64,000 nucleotides of DNA from Macrostomum lignano (lineage: Eukaryota), in assembly GCA_002269645.1 (NCBI GenBank), contig NIVC01000538.1, forward strand, positions 248,001-312,000, written 5' to 3'. This document shows, piece by piece, positions 12,370 to 25,439 of this stretch (its first letter is position 1; each line of letters starts with the position of its first letter). The translations under genes and the position numbers were made by a program. The notes under the pieces were generated by a model. That model made no database searches. It saw nothing but the letters and a program-made list of their open reading frames with translations, and was not told the origin of the DNA.

Positions 12370-13170
12370 CGTTGCTTCTACAGATAAAGCCCTTGAAATC
12401 CACGGAAACGCTTATCTCAATTGGATTGTCTGTACACTTAAACTGTGGCTTCGCAGTATTCACCATCCCGTCGGATATGCGAACGGCTTCAGTACCATTG
12501 CATACTTCCCAGACAGCTTGCAGGTTTTTTTACCGAAGACACTGACTGGCATGTCAGATAAGTCGTCCACCCAGATGAAAGAAAACACTTGGCCCTGACC
12601 TTTCTCGGTATGATAGGTGTAAATGTCCATCAGCTTTGTCACAAGGCCAGTGACAAGCGCAGGCATTAGACTGACTTTCAGAGCATCAATTCCATCCTTC
12701 GACTTCTTGCTCACAATTGACTCTAAATAAGAGACAATTTTGCCGAACAAAAATTCACTATTTGAAAAAATAATTAAAAGAAGTATCAATCTAAGTTTCC
12801 TAAACAATGATAAGCTGTTGGCTCCCCAAAGAGGGCGCTGATTGCTAGTATAAATTCCATAAAGCTACATTGTGGGTGTCTCAAATTAAAGAAATTTTGT
12901 AAGCAATAGATAAAGTTTTGCGCTCGTATTTGAGTGAGTTTACCTAATAAGGAATAAAATTTTCTGTATTGTGAGTTCACTTTATGCTTACTTCATTCCA
13001 GTTTAATCAGTTTACTCGTTGCTAAGAGACGGTGATACAACAAACAGAAAAGCATGAGTGTACAAAACCGACAATAAAGTAAAAAACTTACTGCTCGGTC
13101 CAGATTCGTGGTTTTTGTGGTTGACGGCTGGTTCCACCGGCTCATCCTCTCGACGCCATTAGGTGGTCAT
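12370..13170 (-). other. Putative exons of an unidentified, probably decayed spliced gene (~13092..13170 and ~12370..12722)
   Basis: The donor GAGCA|GTAAGT near 13091 is phase-compatible with an acceptor at ~12723 that opens SIVSKKSKDGIDALKVSLMP...FAYPTG, followed by a frameshifted continuation. No family was recognised. Confidence 0.3.
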
Positions 13171-13845
13171 CGCAGAGAATTTTTATTAGAAAAAAGAGCG
13201 AAATTCAGTGAAAAATCAATGCTGCGGAAACTCCAGATTAAATTTGTTTTTTAATAAATTCTAAACTTGGGCCAGTTAAATAAATTTAACCCAAAATCAA
13301 TTCTATCGGGGATTCAGTGATAAATTTTTAGCACTACGAAAAATAGTAAATAGTTATATAGCAAAAATGGAGAGTAATAAATCCAACAAAACTCAATGAA
13401 ACATAAAGCTTGCTTGACAAGCCAAATTCGCGCCATTCTAAACATTGGGTATCGTATATTATTCAATCTCATAGTATTGATATAATACTCTTAGAGTCAA
13501 AGAGTTAAGCATATGTTGTGAATTTAAACGGTAATTCTATAAGCGAGTGAACTTAAACTTGTTAAGAAAATTTTCTTTTAATGAAAAACAACGAGTCATT
13601 AATTCAACAAAGTCCATAACACTGCCAAAGCTTTATTGAGTCATTTATTATATTTCGTTAAAGCATTTCTGAATGCAAAAATCAAGCTTTCTAGAATCCA
13701 TCTACTAAGCTGCTCATCAAAGCATTATAAAAAAATAGGTTAAAATAGCAAATCAAACTGATTTTGTTTTTCAGTCTTTTTAGGATATCAATGAGAAAAC
13801 TGCATGAGCATGATGAGGTGCAACGTTCTTTCTAGTTAATATTTA

Positions 13846-14236
13846 CGAAGAGCTTGCGTGCACGGCCGCCGTTCACGTAAGCTCAGAATTGCGTGCACGG
13901 CAGAGCTATATCTTATAGGCTTAAACAGTAAGTCATATACTATTCGAATTAATATTCAAGTTAACTAAAAAACAATGAATTAAGATTACATTTGTAGTCC
14001 ATGGTGTACGGGGGATAAAACATAAAACAATATAGTAAAAATATTTTTTAATTAGGTTTGCCAATGCCAATGCGTGGATTTAAGGGCCCCAGTCCCGGCC
14101 AATTGCCGGCTGCCGTGCACGCAATTACAACACTAGGTGTACGGCTGCATACATGCAAATAAAGCACTAGGTAGATAGCCGCCGTGCACGCAATTCTGAG
14201 CTTACGTGAACGGCTGCCGTGCACGCAAGCTCTTCG
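13846..14236. mobile_element. MITE with ~60-bp terminal inverted repeats (CGAAGAGCTTGCGTGCACGG...)
   Basis: Near-perfect inverted arms at ~13846-13905 and ~14178-14236, flanked by TA/TA (or AATATTT/AATATTT if the TIR is one base longer). GCCGTGCACGCAATT subrepeats occur internally. Confidence 0.9.
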
Positions 14237-15518
14237 TAATATTTATGCAGGGTATAATAGGTTCAAAACCGTTTGTACTTTTAAATAATTTAAACTAGAA
14301 CAATAAATTACTTAAGCAAATGTGAGTTCCTTTCCTAAGGTCAATATAGTACTCGCCCTCGACTCTGCTCTGCTTATCGTAGAATTAACAAAAATATCTA
14401 AAAGTTCAGTGAATCTATTCAGCTTCGTATTATCCTACAGTTCAAACTTAATTATAACAGTCGGGTTCTACGGTCATGTAAGTGTGATAACATACTGTTC
14501 GGTGTAGGAAAGCATCTAGTGAGGCTCGGCATATGCAAGTATCTAATGGTACACATACATGTACAGTCATTCTTTGTAATGACATGCTATGGTCGAATTA
14601 AATAATACTTCAAATATTTAATGTCAGTAGAATATTCTGTTCGCAAAATTCTGTACTGGTGCATAAGTGGTTCATAAATCTGAAAAATTGAAATCAAATC
14701 TGTCATGGATTTCATCAAAGATCGGTATTGGTGTCATGTGCAGCCAGTGATGCACTTCTGCCTGCGAACAGCCGAGACTTATCATCTGGGCGTACTCTTG
14801 GACTTAACAACCATGAATAGCGAGAATGTCGCCGACAGACCAGTTTATCGACCTGCGCAGAACTGGCCCAAAAAGTGCAGGACACGGACGACCCAGACTG
14901 ATCAACAATAGTAACTTTTGCCAAATTGACGATCTTTCCAAAACCAGTTTTGACTTCCTTTAGCTTCTCAACTGCAGAAATAATGCCACAAACGCCAACG
15001 TCAACGAACGAACAACAGTGTTTTAGGTAATATAATTAACTTTAATTTGTGCCACAGAAAACACGGCTGGTGCTTTTTTGCCGAACGCGCTTAATAACTG
15101 AGTAAATCGCGAGTATAGACGGTTTTAATCAGGCCGCCCCTGCTGGTGCTGCTGCTTTCTTTCTTTCTGCTTCAGGGCGCGCCCGAGCCGAAAGACCGAT
15201 AAGGGCGGGGGTGCTAGAGGCGCCCCATACTGCACAGGAGCTCGATGACCGCGGCCGGGTTCTCCGGGTTCGCCGTCTTGGCCTGTTGTTGCGCTCCCGG
15301 CGAACGGCATCCAGCTCAGACTCCTGTCTGCTGACGGTATCTCGCAGGCCGGAGACAGCGCCGTCGGCTTCCGTCTGCGAGGACGCCGCTGCCTCCTGCG
15401 AGGTTGTCGCTTTCGCCGCGGGGGGGGGGGCGGAAAGATGGGTGAGTGCTGAGTGATGGTTGTTTTAAGTGGAATCACTTATGTTGCAGCAATTCCGCCT
15501 GCAGGCGCGTCGGGGCTC

Positions 15519-15637
15519 TTAACAAGTAAGCCGCAGCTTGTGACGGCGTCGAGCCGGGTATTTGTGCACCATGGCGCTGCATGTCTTGCACAGAAGCTTG
15601 TCGCACTCTAGGCATTCGTGCTGAGGCTTGTGCTCGC
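15519..15637 (-). other. Terminal exon encoding a B-box-like zinc finger (ECLECDKLLCKTCSAMVHKYPARRRHKL)
   Basis: An acceptor CCTAAG precedes it and a TAA stop lies at 15519..15521. It shows C-x2-C-x4-C-x2-C-x4-H-x7-H spacing. This frame is absent from the ORF track because it has no start codon. Confidence 0.6.
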
Positions 15638-16699
15638 CTTAGGTACTTAGGTACTTAAAAAGAGGCGCTTGTTGCGAAAAAACAAGCGCTTAGCGCGAAT
15701 ATGTACAGTAGTTTAAAATTAGCAGTTTTATCTATTAGCCAGCGACCACAGAGTGTACTCCGCTGCCCAGCGCAGTAAGTCAAGCAAGCCACCCCTTAAT
15801 TTACTACCTGTAAATTGTTTTTTACTTCATTAACCCAGTTTTGTTCTTCTTAAGAGGTGTGCAGTCTTAGTTCCGTCCTGCAGTCTGGGCTACTGGTTTA
15901 TTTCTTAGTTATCTTAGTGGACTTACTAGTTTAATTGGTAGGTTGCTGCCACCAGGGTCCTCATATTCCATAATCCTTGTGCTTAGTGATTAAAGAATTA
16001 AGACAACTGAAATATAATAAAATTGTTCAAACGAAATTTGTTAATAATAAATTGTCAGTGAACAAAACGTTGAATTTTCCCACTGTGTTCCCCTGATTGT
16101 TCTGTTCGACTCCTAATTATTGAGACATGCCTCCTGTGTAACATTCTATGTAATAATTTACCTTTTTACCTTGATTTCCTTTAGCCGAAAAAAGTCAAAA
16201 GAAATTAGAATTCTTCAAGAACTTTTGTGAGAAATCCTTAACAAACGGATGCTTCCGTGCTATTTAATTATAACGTCTCCCACAAAACCTAAAGTCCCTA
16301 ATTTCCGAATTCTGATCGTCAATTATAAAAACTGTAATTCTGCAAGAAATTTACTGAAAAATGTATTCAATCATTTTAATAACACAATTTTTCACACATT
16401 TAGCTGCAGCTCAAACTTTTAACTGTGTAATATTTGATATATTGCGATACAGCAAATACTTTAAAACTATTGCTTCCTTTTTGCGTATCGCCGGTCGGCG
16501 AGTCCTACCAAACTTTCTCCAATAGTCGCAGGTACGGTACAAGTAAATGAATGACACAGTTGAACACGATTCCAGATAAGGTTTAGATTGAGTATAATAA
16601 TCCTATGTTGATAGAACGGCTGATAATGATAATAGACTCGAACTCGTATACTTGTGCTATGGCTTGGCCATAGATAAAAAATAAAGAGCAGTCTGTGCC

Positions 16700-17080
16700 C
16701 AAATTCATATATTTGATCAGTGCGTGTAGGCAACCGCCACCGATACAGCCGTTGCCATGGTGTCAAACAAATCCTTCAGTGAAATTCCAACCTGCCCGGC
16801 GCAGTGCAAGCGTGGAACGCGGCAACCGACGGATCTCTAGTCCACTCGTTGCGAATGTACCGCTTCAGAACAGAATAATCTTTGCACGGGACGTATAGGG
16901 CGGCGCTTCAAGATCGCGATCAGCTGTTCATAATGTCGCCGCGCCCGTTCCCGTGGCCTTTCAGCCCGCGACAGACGCACCGTTGTTTCCGCCATGCCGA
17001 GATACGTCAAGAATATCCCCCTCTGTGACCGCACCATTGCCGTCAGACACCTCGCCGTCCTCACGCTCTACCATTACTAA
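16700..17080 (-). pseudogene. Frameshifted paralogue of the unknown ORF at 24972..25439
   Basis: MVEREDGEVSDGNGAVTEGDILDVS / SRAERPRERARRHYEQ / LKRYIRNEWTRDPSV align with the 25-kb copy. Confidence 0.75.
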
Positions 17081-17249
17081 CTGCAACATCGAATACGTCG
17101 ATTAGCTAATACGATTATATGATTATGATTAGCTAATATGATTAGCTAATAGCTCGTACATAATTATAATATTGATACAGGAATACATTCGCATCATAAT
17201 TAGTTGTTGCCGCCTACCCAAGCTTCAAAATAAAGCCGAACAGGTCGCA

Positions 17250-19711
17250 CTGCAGTTAACACACGTGACTGTGACTGAAGCTGCATCCGGCTTCTTCCGC
17301 TCTTTCTTTACTGGCCAGAAAGAAGACAGGAGGAATTAGTATTGGGCCTACTGCTAACGGTCTGACTGTGAGAAAGATGCTTCCCTCTACACTGTAAATT
17401 TCCTGGACTCTTCTAAAATCCAGGACGGCATCCTGCGGATCGGTGCTGAAGTAGGCGATGAAGCAGGAAACTCCGCACATAGACCAGCTGCGGCCGAAAT
17501 GCTTCGATGCGGAAGCCCTTTAACAGCATCGCCCACCTGTAATAGCCTGTAAGTTTTTGGAGATAAGAGCTACCGCTAAAAATTGCTAAGCCTAATTAGG
17601 GAAAGTGATACAGGCGACCAACTCAAGCAACACCTGCATTGGAAGCGGCATGTGATGCAGCTGAACACCGTCCACTGTGTTGCTGCTTTGCTCGCCCTGA
17701 TTCAGTTTGGGTAACCTGGCTCGCACACGCAGAGCAGCACTGTCGGAGTCAATCAAGCCCTGAAGCTCCGCGTCTAGTCTGCGTCTGCAATGGAGACGGG
17801 ACACCGGTTTGTAGCGCTGCGCTTTGAATAGGCCCGCCAACAGCCTGTGCACCGGACCGAAACTGACCGCACAGGCCGCAAAGTAGCTGCACACAATGTG
17901 CGTGTTGTACGTTAACTGCACGCCGTAAGTACAGCACAGGTAGACGGTGGGACGAAATTCCACAGTGAGACCCTGGCACACTCAACCTGCTGCAAAGGGG
18001 CACCTTTCAAAGTGAGCCAAAAATGGCAGATGATAGCAGGTTAAGGTGCTGGACTTACGCCTTGCGCAGGTTCAGTTTGTTGGAATTAATTTCATGTATT
18101 TCATGTGTTTCGACTTCTAGCAAGCGAGGATGCTGAATAGCTCCCAGGACCCCTTTAATTCGGGTGATGCGGACATCGATGGCTCGCAGCTGGCCAGGTA
18201 ATGTTAATGGAATAAAATGCAAAAGTTGTCCCTACCCTGTCTTTCTCCTTCGCTCCGTCTCCCACCTGCTTAAGCGTCCATCTTTCGGCCGCTGAACAAC
18301 AGCGTCATCAGCCACTTAATTAAACCGGCACAAAGCTAGTGTAAGTAGCAGGGCGGGGTGTCCAGCATGTAGTTAAAGGCCGTCAAATGTAGTAAGGGGG
18401 AAACAAACTTGACGCCCAGCAGGCTGCCCTGTTGGCCCCCAGCTGTCAGATGCACAGTGTCTGTCAGGGAGCGCTGAGTAATTTCGCGGCACCCTTGTTG
18501 CTGCGCGGCCTCCTTGTCGGCTATAGCGATGTCCGGTGTGCAACAGCGCCCGAACCAGGCGTATTGTTGTGCTGATATGGAATTTATCGCAGCCGTGCGT
18601 GGCATTTAATTGTTTCAATCCAATGGCCTCCACCCGCTAGGGCGCATCCACGATGATGCACATCGGATGCAGACGCAGGACACCTGCACCCCATCTGGCC
18701 CACCCCCCGTACTCTAGGCAATTCCGGTCGTCAGCAGAGCCACCAGCTGTTGAACAAGCAGAGGCAAAAAGGCCAGGCTGTTTAGCTTCTTCCGGCCACT
18801 CAAAAAGCCAGCAGTGACTACGTATTCAGTTTTACGCCGATCGGGAATCTCCGTGATGCTCACATACACAAGGCAGATCTGCATCGTGGAGGTGCGAAAA
18901 GTTGGCTAGAATTTCTAATTTGAGACTACACCGAGAGGAGAAATTATGACACCTGAAAGCAGGTCACAGCACCTTAAAGGTGTCAACATTCAGGATGTAC
19001 GACAGGTCAGATCTAGTTAGAAGGGCGATGCGGGACTTAATGGCCTTGTACGCCTCTAACGTTGTCAGCTGCAGCGTGCCCTTCACTATATCCTGATCTG
19101 CAGGAAACACGGCAGCTCGCAGTAGACCACCAGCTTAAATGCGGTGCTGAACCTGCTTGGCGATGTCGCTGCGCCAGCTCTTCACCGAGGAATTTTTAGT
19201 ACACAGAGTAGCTACATAGCGTATATGTATTGCGCAGTACAATACTTTACCTGCTCTGGCAGGGTCTGTGATATGAGCATCAAAATGTCCGTTATGCCCC
19301 GTCGGCTTCGTCAATGGCGGCGGATGACCTCATTAAAGAACACAGCAAAATTGCCGCATTTGTGTGTGCTGCCGGGATACAACAGCAGCATTTCTTCTAG
19401 ATGCGCATGCTCAGACCTCGCCAGCGCTTCTTCCTGCAGCAGGTATGGAGCGTCGAATGCCTCAGCGGCTTCGTCGACGTCCATAAAATTCGGGTCCACG
19501 CCGCCGAGAGCAAAAGGCCCTAACTCATTTTCCGAACCCTCAGTGCGTCCGCTACATCTGCGGCATCAGCGGTGGTAGCTCTGCGCTTTCGCGACTCACG
19601 CTGATTGCGCGCTTTGCGATCCCGGTGCAGAGCGGCAAGATAAGGATCTGCGGATACTCGCTTGGCGTATCGCGCGTTCGCCGCTGCTTGCCTAGTATCT
19701 CGATCGGCCAT
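17250..19711 (-). pseudogene. EnSpm/CACTA (CMC)-type transposase pseudogene, spliced, with stops and frameshifts
   Basis: Motifs in order: FFNEVIRRH*RSRRGITDILMLISQTLP; DLSYILNVD; VYVSITEIPDRRKTEYVVTAGFLSGRKKLNSLAFLPLLVQQL; CIIVDAP..EAIGLKQLNATHGCDK. These resemble the (N)TDG, INELP...LAGLWFG.K and D.PAR...KQFNG..GC..C blocks of CMC transposases. TIRs were not identified. Confidence 0.7.
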
Positions 19712-20444
19712 GGTGCTGCAATACACGGTAATACCTCGAGAGTTCCTGTCCGGCTTGTTTCTATTTGTTTTCTTTTTTCTATTTTCAATATTTATTTTAC
19801 GTTGTATTTACCAAAGAAGGAACAATCAGTACTTTGCACCAGATTTTTCCTGACTCATCGACTTGTCATCTTACTCGTTGTCATCTTGTCATCTTACTCG
19901 TTGTCATCTTGTCATCTTATTTCCACTGCCCTCACGCATCTATACACAAAAACTGACACAACGGGTATGAAATTGTTTCTTACCGCTCATTTAAATCGTA
20001 ATAAGGAACGAAAATGCGATTTTATTGAAAAAAGCAACTTAAAGCGGCTTCAGATTCAGCGAAATCGGCAAAAATCTAATATGCTAAAATTAAATCTTGC
20101 GAGCATGTAATCGATTATCTCAAAACCATATATTGAAGTAAAATGATTTGTCGGTAGGTATCTATCTAGGTACTATGAATTTAAAAAAAACCGCTCAACG
20201 GATTCTCTTAAGATAAAATATGATACGATAAAATGTTACACGCTCGTAAATTATACTTTAAATGTTTTACTGTAAACGATATTTCTCTGAATCCCGAGTT
20301 GCCGAAATGCCATAGTCAGGACAGACGTCTCGCGGCTTTTTTTTCTGATTTTACCAATTTTTGTTATGAATTACAAAAAACTTTATTCTTTGACTGCGAC
20401 TCTGTCCCTTTCAGCTATCTCCCCTTTTCGAAATCCTAGCTACG

Positions 20445-21755
20445 CTACTGTTTACAGCTCGTAGGCGGTGGCGGTGGACGGCGTCGAGGCATGCGAAGGA
20501 AGTCCTCGTCAGAGTCGGACTCGGCCGGCCGCTCTCTCAAATTTCTTTGCCAGCAGCTGCAATCCTCGCGTTGTCGCACTAGCCGATTTCGCAACTCCAC
20601 AGCGTTGCCGAAGAAGTTGCTCATGCTGCTCCAGCAACTGCAACTGCTGCTGCTGGAGCCGTTGCTGCTCCTCAATCAGACGACACGGATTTTGGAGGTC
20701 CTTCGCCATGCCGTCGAGGCTATTCCTCTGCGGCGACCGTAGGCCTGCCAGTAGCATGCGCCACAGACTGCCATTGGCCATATGGCTGGCTTCTGGCAAC
20801 AGTCGCTGCTGCTCCTGCACCCTCACCTGCTGGGCATTGGCGCAGGTCAGGTGGAAGTTGTTTTTTTCCACGCCATTGCTGTTGTCGCTGATGCAAGCTA
20901 TAAAAAGTTTATGGATAAATCTGTGTTACTTATGTGCTGTAATACATGTTCGGTGTACGAAAAGAGCTCAAAAGAGCTATAAAAAGAATTATGACGGATG
21001 CAAGGACAATCGCAACTGCCTAATTGTACTCCCTGTTGTCTAGCTAATCTGCCTGATCTTAATCCCACTAATAGAAATATTTCACTACTACGACTCATAG
21101 TCGACCTCATTCCTGCACCGATGCCACCTCAGCGCCTGATTCTTCGCTCAATACATGTAAGTCCTGCGTCTCCCCCCCCCCAAAAGTCATAAAATTGTCC
21201 ATCTAGCGCTCTAGTGACTCGGAGTAAACAGAGGAGGCTGGGAACGGTAGTCACCTCGGGAGACGCAGCGACCTCTGGCGACGCAGATGCAGCCTCTGCT
21301 ATCCGGGGTGGCAGTAGCTCATTCGACCAGAATATCTTCATAGCCAGCTCCGACCTGTCCATGGCAGGAGAAGTCGTGGCGGCTGGGGACGTGTGTCCTG
21401 TCGGCGCCATTCAGACTATGACGTCGTCGAGCAAGGCGGATCAGTCGATATTGTTATCGCCCTGTGCCATCTCTGTAAGCCGATGCGCTAGCTTCTCATT
21501 TTCGCGCTCGAGCTTGCTGGCTGTGCGCTCTAATTCGTCTAGATTGAACAATGTCTCCGGATCCAAGTTGACTAGTCTCTCGATTTCCTCGTCCGATATG
21601 CAGTCCGCTACTAAAGCAGTCCACTCGTCGCTCGATCTCTCAAAGCTACTAACAGTCGATTCAATAGAAATTTCCTCGCGAGTTATTCCAGACACTGTCG
21701 CAAAGCGCATATCAATAAGAGGTGGACTCATATTAGGCTCGATTAAAGATACCAT
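20445..21755 (-). pseudogene. Unidentified degenerate coding region (acidic/helical and Q-rich pieces), possibly an accessory ORF of the adjacent CMC element
   Basis: GC-rich coding-like segments (ORFs 21441..21755, 21129..21410, 20509..20871) are broken by frameshifts and lie on the same strand as the transposase. No family was recognised. Confidence 0.3.
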
Positions 21756-22736
21756 CTCTTTGAAACTCTCGCTCCTTTTTATTTTTAAAACTTCAGTATT
21801 TTAACCTTAAAAACCCAGTTTCGGTTTCGTCTCTTATAATACTGTAGCTCATTTTCTAGAACCGTGCAGGAATGACTTTGTCTATGGTCAAAGGACAATG
21901 CTATTCCTGCAAACAATTGTTGTAGAAACCAACTGTCCACTTGACACTTGCCAAGGGCAGTGGTGAGGCAGGCGCTCGTGTTGTTGAAGAACCAGGACAG
22001 TTACTTCCGGGTGGCGACGGTTGATTTCAAAGTAGAATTCAGGTAATGCAGCTCGCTTGATAAAAAAAACTTTAAAATAAACTTGGTGCCGACTTAAGCC
22101 ATGGGCTGCGGAATACGCAAAAGGATTTACTTTCAATAACAAAAAGGGACGCAACCGAAAGGGGTGACTCAGCCCGTCTGGAGGCCGGGGTGCACTCGCA
22201 CTGCAAAAGTGCGCGACACAACAAAGAAAGCATCGTCATTTAGAACTTACACTTTCTATGCATTATTTTCTGCTCAATCCACAATTTTCTTGAAGTAGTT
22301 ATTGTGCGTTTTTCAGTTGCCCTTATTGTGACATTGTGGAGTCGGCGAAATTGGAACTCGGAGAGATAAGCTTCAAACAGATCCTTCGAAGTCCCATGCA
22401 TATGCTTGTACTTCTTTTTACAGTAACTTAACTGATTGAATATGTATATCTTGATCGCCAGGAGCCACTAAATTAAGGGAATGGTTAACTGCCTGGGGAT
22501 TTGACAACCTATTATAAGCCTGCCATTCATCAGACATAATGATAGGGCCGGGTTCAATGCGCTCCTCTATTATCGGTAAAAGAGTCGCTGCAGAGCGATC
22601 TTATGCCGCTGTGATAAATATAATTAAATAAATAGCATGCACGATAAACAATAGTTTAGGCCCTAGACAAACCTATTTTTGGAGCGTTCAGTGATTTTAA
22701 AACTATTGGCCTACTTGCCAATAATAGTTTTAGCAA

Positions 22737-23645
22737 GGTCGGCGAGTTCTACCAATCTTTCTCAAATAGTCGCAGTACGGTACAAAAAAAGGAAGAACAC
22801 AGGTGAACACGATCCGAATAGATTAAAAGAGTGATGATCCTAGTAAGAATAGCTAATGAGTAATTGACTCAGACGCTTTAATTAAATGACTTCAAGTTGA
22901 TTACAATCCTTACTACAAATTCGCAACGCAATTAAATTTCGAGCACTGATAGACGAACAATAACAATAATTCTAGTTCCAGCTCTATCAGCGCTGCCCTT
23001 CATTGTGACACTGAGGCTCTCGGGGTCGGGGCCACGTACTTAATTGAATCCGTCAGTCTCTATCTAGACCGCGCTTAATAGCGACGACTTCAGACACTGA
23101 TTGCCGAGACGTTACGCTACAAGACTGAAGCGGTCGGGCAGGGAGTAAAACACTGACAGGGGTGAAGAATACTTGAGCGCCTCAAAGCGCGAACCAAATG
23201 GGCAAACGGCCGGGAGTTGGAACAAAACCAAAGCCAAAAAGCAGAAGTGAGATCCGACCGCCAAACACTTTCATTTATAGTCATTGTCAGACCCCTCACA
23301 ACCCCCCTCAAGCCGGGTGGTGGTCGTCTTGCCGGCCGCTCGCTAAGCTGAATTGCTCTAAGCCTGCGGCGCCGGGTAGAGTTGGATTTTGCCGCGTGCC
23401 AGGGTCCAGGCCGATCTTGATTGGCTGGCCACGCAAAGCTGAGGTTTGCAGAAACTTCAACCCTCCGCTGAGTCACGATTGGTGTCTGACTTCTACCCTG
23501 TTTACGCAAAAATTTAGACTCTAACTGACAATAAAAAGTACATTAGACTGCGTGACTAAATTAAAGAAAAATAAAAATTATTAACAATATAGAACTAGCT
23601 AATAGAATACACAAAAGATGCTCACACTACACCCCCTCCTAAAAG
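22737..23645 (-). mobile_element. Possible LTR-like segment (polypurine tract AGGAGGGGG followed by TGTAGT...)
   Basis: A PPT-like tract at ~23632-23645 (minus strand) is immediately followed by TG. The distal ~80 bp are shared with 16493..16572. No second LTR or PBS was found. Confidence 0.3.
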
Positions 23646-24971
23646 AAGCAGAGAACAAGAAAAATTGAAAAAATCAAAACATGTTTGAAATACACTACTT
23701 TTAGTAAGCAAGTTAGTACTATATAGCGCGATTCGCATCCACGGAACAAAATTCGAAATTCGCAAAAACAAGCAACAAACACAAGGATAACTATAGCAAT
23801 CATAGAAACAAAACGCAAATGAAAACACAAAACATGACACGGCATGAAACGAAATCAAGCACATAAACAATTTACTACGCAAGACGTGACACGAAGAAAT
23901 ACGACATTTCTACACCATAAGCAAATCAAACAAATCGAAAAAAACAAGTCTCGACGGAACAGAACACAATATTTCGTAACAGTGGCACGGCATTCTACAA
24001 TTGAAAGTACTAGAGCAAAATTCAGTTAATTTCCAATTCAATTTAATTTAATTTCCACGGCAAAGAAACTAGAGCAAAACCCAATTCTCGCGCACTTGAA
24101 ACACAATGAAAAAAACGCACGCAACAAAAAGAAACGCATGTACCCATCACCGAGAAACGAATTAACGCGTTGACGCATTTTACAACATTTTATAAAAGTT
24201 AATTCAATTACACCTTCAGCCGACGTGCTAAGATAAACCTCATTGGCTGGCAAAATTTCATTACTCGCTAATTTTATTGCCTGCACCTTCCCCCTCCTAA
24301 AAAGGTAGGGTTGGCGCTATGACCCTCACTGTCACCACAGCGGAATTCTTATCGCACTGTCACGACGGCTTATCTCTATTTAGTGGTGCCTCGACGATAA
24401 TAAAATTCATGCCCACGCTCCCGTGGCGTTCCATCCTCTCAGCGAAGTCTATCGCCCATTGGCTGCAGTTTACCGTCTTGCCCAGGACCAATCCCTTCGG
24501 TGAATTCCACCGCTCATTGGCAGCAGTTTTCGGTCATGCCCAGGACCACGCTATAAATACAGCCGACCAGGCTCTCGCCCGTCCCAACTAATTTCCAATT
24601 ATGCATTAAATTAACTGCCCTCCGCTCGAGCAACAATTAGACGAAGCGGCCCCGCGCAGCCCACAAGCGCACGACACTATGTCAGACGTTTTCTCGTACT
24701 ACCCGTGCTGGAATGCGTGTCTAGTGACCATGTCACAATCCCGATGACTAAAGCCTAGTCAACTACCAACAACAAACATTCGAACCTGTCAGCAGCCGCG
24801 TGGGTATCAACTCGAAAGCGCGCCACGCTGCGAACAGTCACGGAGCCGTCGTCTTCCCGCTGGCGGCGGTAACCGGCGCCAAACAACGACTCGCAGCGAG
24901 CAGCGGGCAGAAGGGCCCCAATCGACGTTGACGCAGACCCAATGCCGTTGCGTCCCTTCAAAGCGAGCCCT

Positions 24972-25439
24972 TCAGCTTGACAGACCGTGCGCATGTCGTC
25001 GATGCTCGTGTCTGGCATTCGCTGGCGTGGCCGTAAAAGCAATGGCCACCGACACTGCCGTCGCCATCGTGTCGAACAACTCGGGCATCGGGATGCCAGC
25101 TTGCTGACTAGCAAGCCGCACGTGCCGGATCTTCGCACGAAGCGTATCCACCGACGGGTTCCGACTCCACTCATTTCTGATGTATCGTTTCAGAGTCGAA
25201 AAGACCTGCGGGCACGTCAGTGTCGGCGGTGTCTCGAGTTCGAGTTCGGCGTGGCGCAGGGCACGTCGTTGCTCATAGTGCCATTGGGCCCGCTCTCGCC
25301 GCCTCTCAGCTCGCGATGGCTTCGCCGTCGCCTCCGACATACCAAGGTTGTCGACGGCGGCGCACACATCTAGCACGTCCTCCTCCGGGACCGCGGCAGC
25401 GCCGTCGGAAATTTCACCATCTTCTCGCTCAGCCATTTC
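24972..25439 (-). CDS. Unknown repeated ORF (MAEREDGEISDG...HYEQRR...LKRYIRNEWSRNPSV...), element-encoded
   Basis: Open frame with an ATG directly after TGTTGCAG. The paralogue at 16.7-17.1 kb conserves the protein motifs despite divergent DNA. Confidence 0.5.
   Translation of the reverse strand, partial: EMAEREDGEISDGAAAVPEEDVLDVCAAVDNLGMSEATAKPSRAERRRERAQWHYEQRRALRHAELELETPPTLTCPQVFSTLKRYIRNEWSRNPSVDTLRAKIRHVRLASQQAGIPMPELFDTMATAVSVAIAFTATPANARHEHRRHAHGLSS

Noticed and set aside
22199-22213. CACTGCAAAAGTG as the CACTA-type TIR of the CMC element
   Set aside because: It faces away from the transposase and no partner end was found.
24440-24560. GPGQDGK as the BEL/Pao C-terminal WPLGR..PG.DG motif
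   Set aside because: The peptide comes from a short local duplication, and the flanking BEL motifs and integrase are missing.
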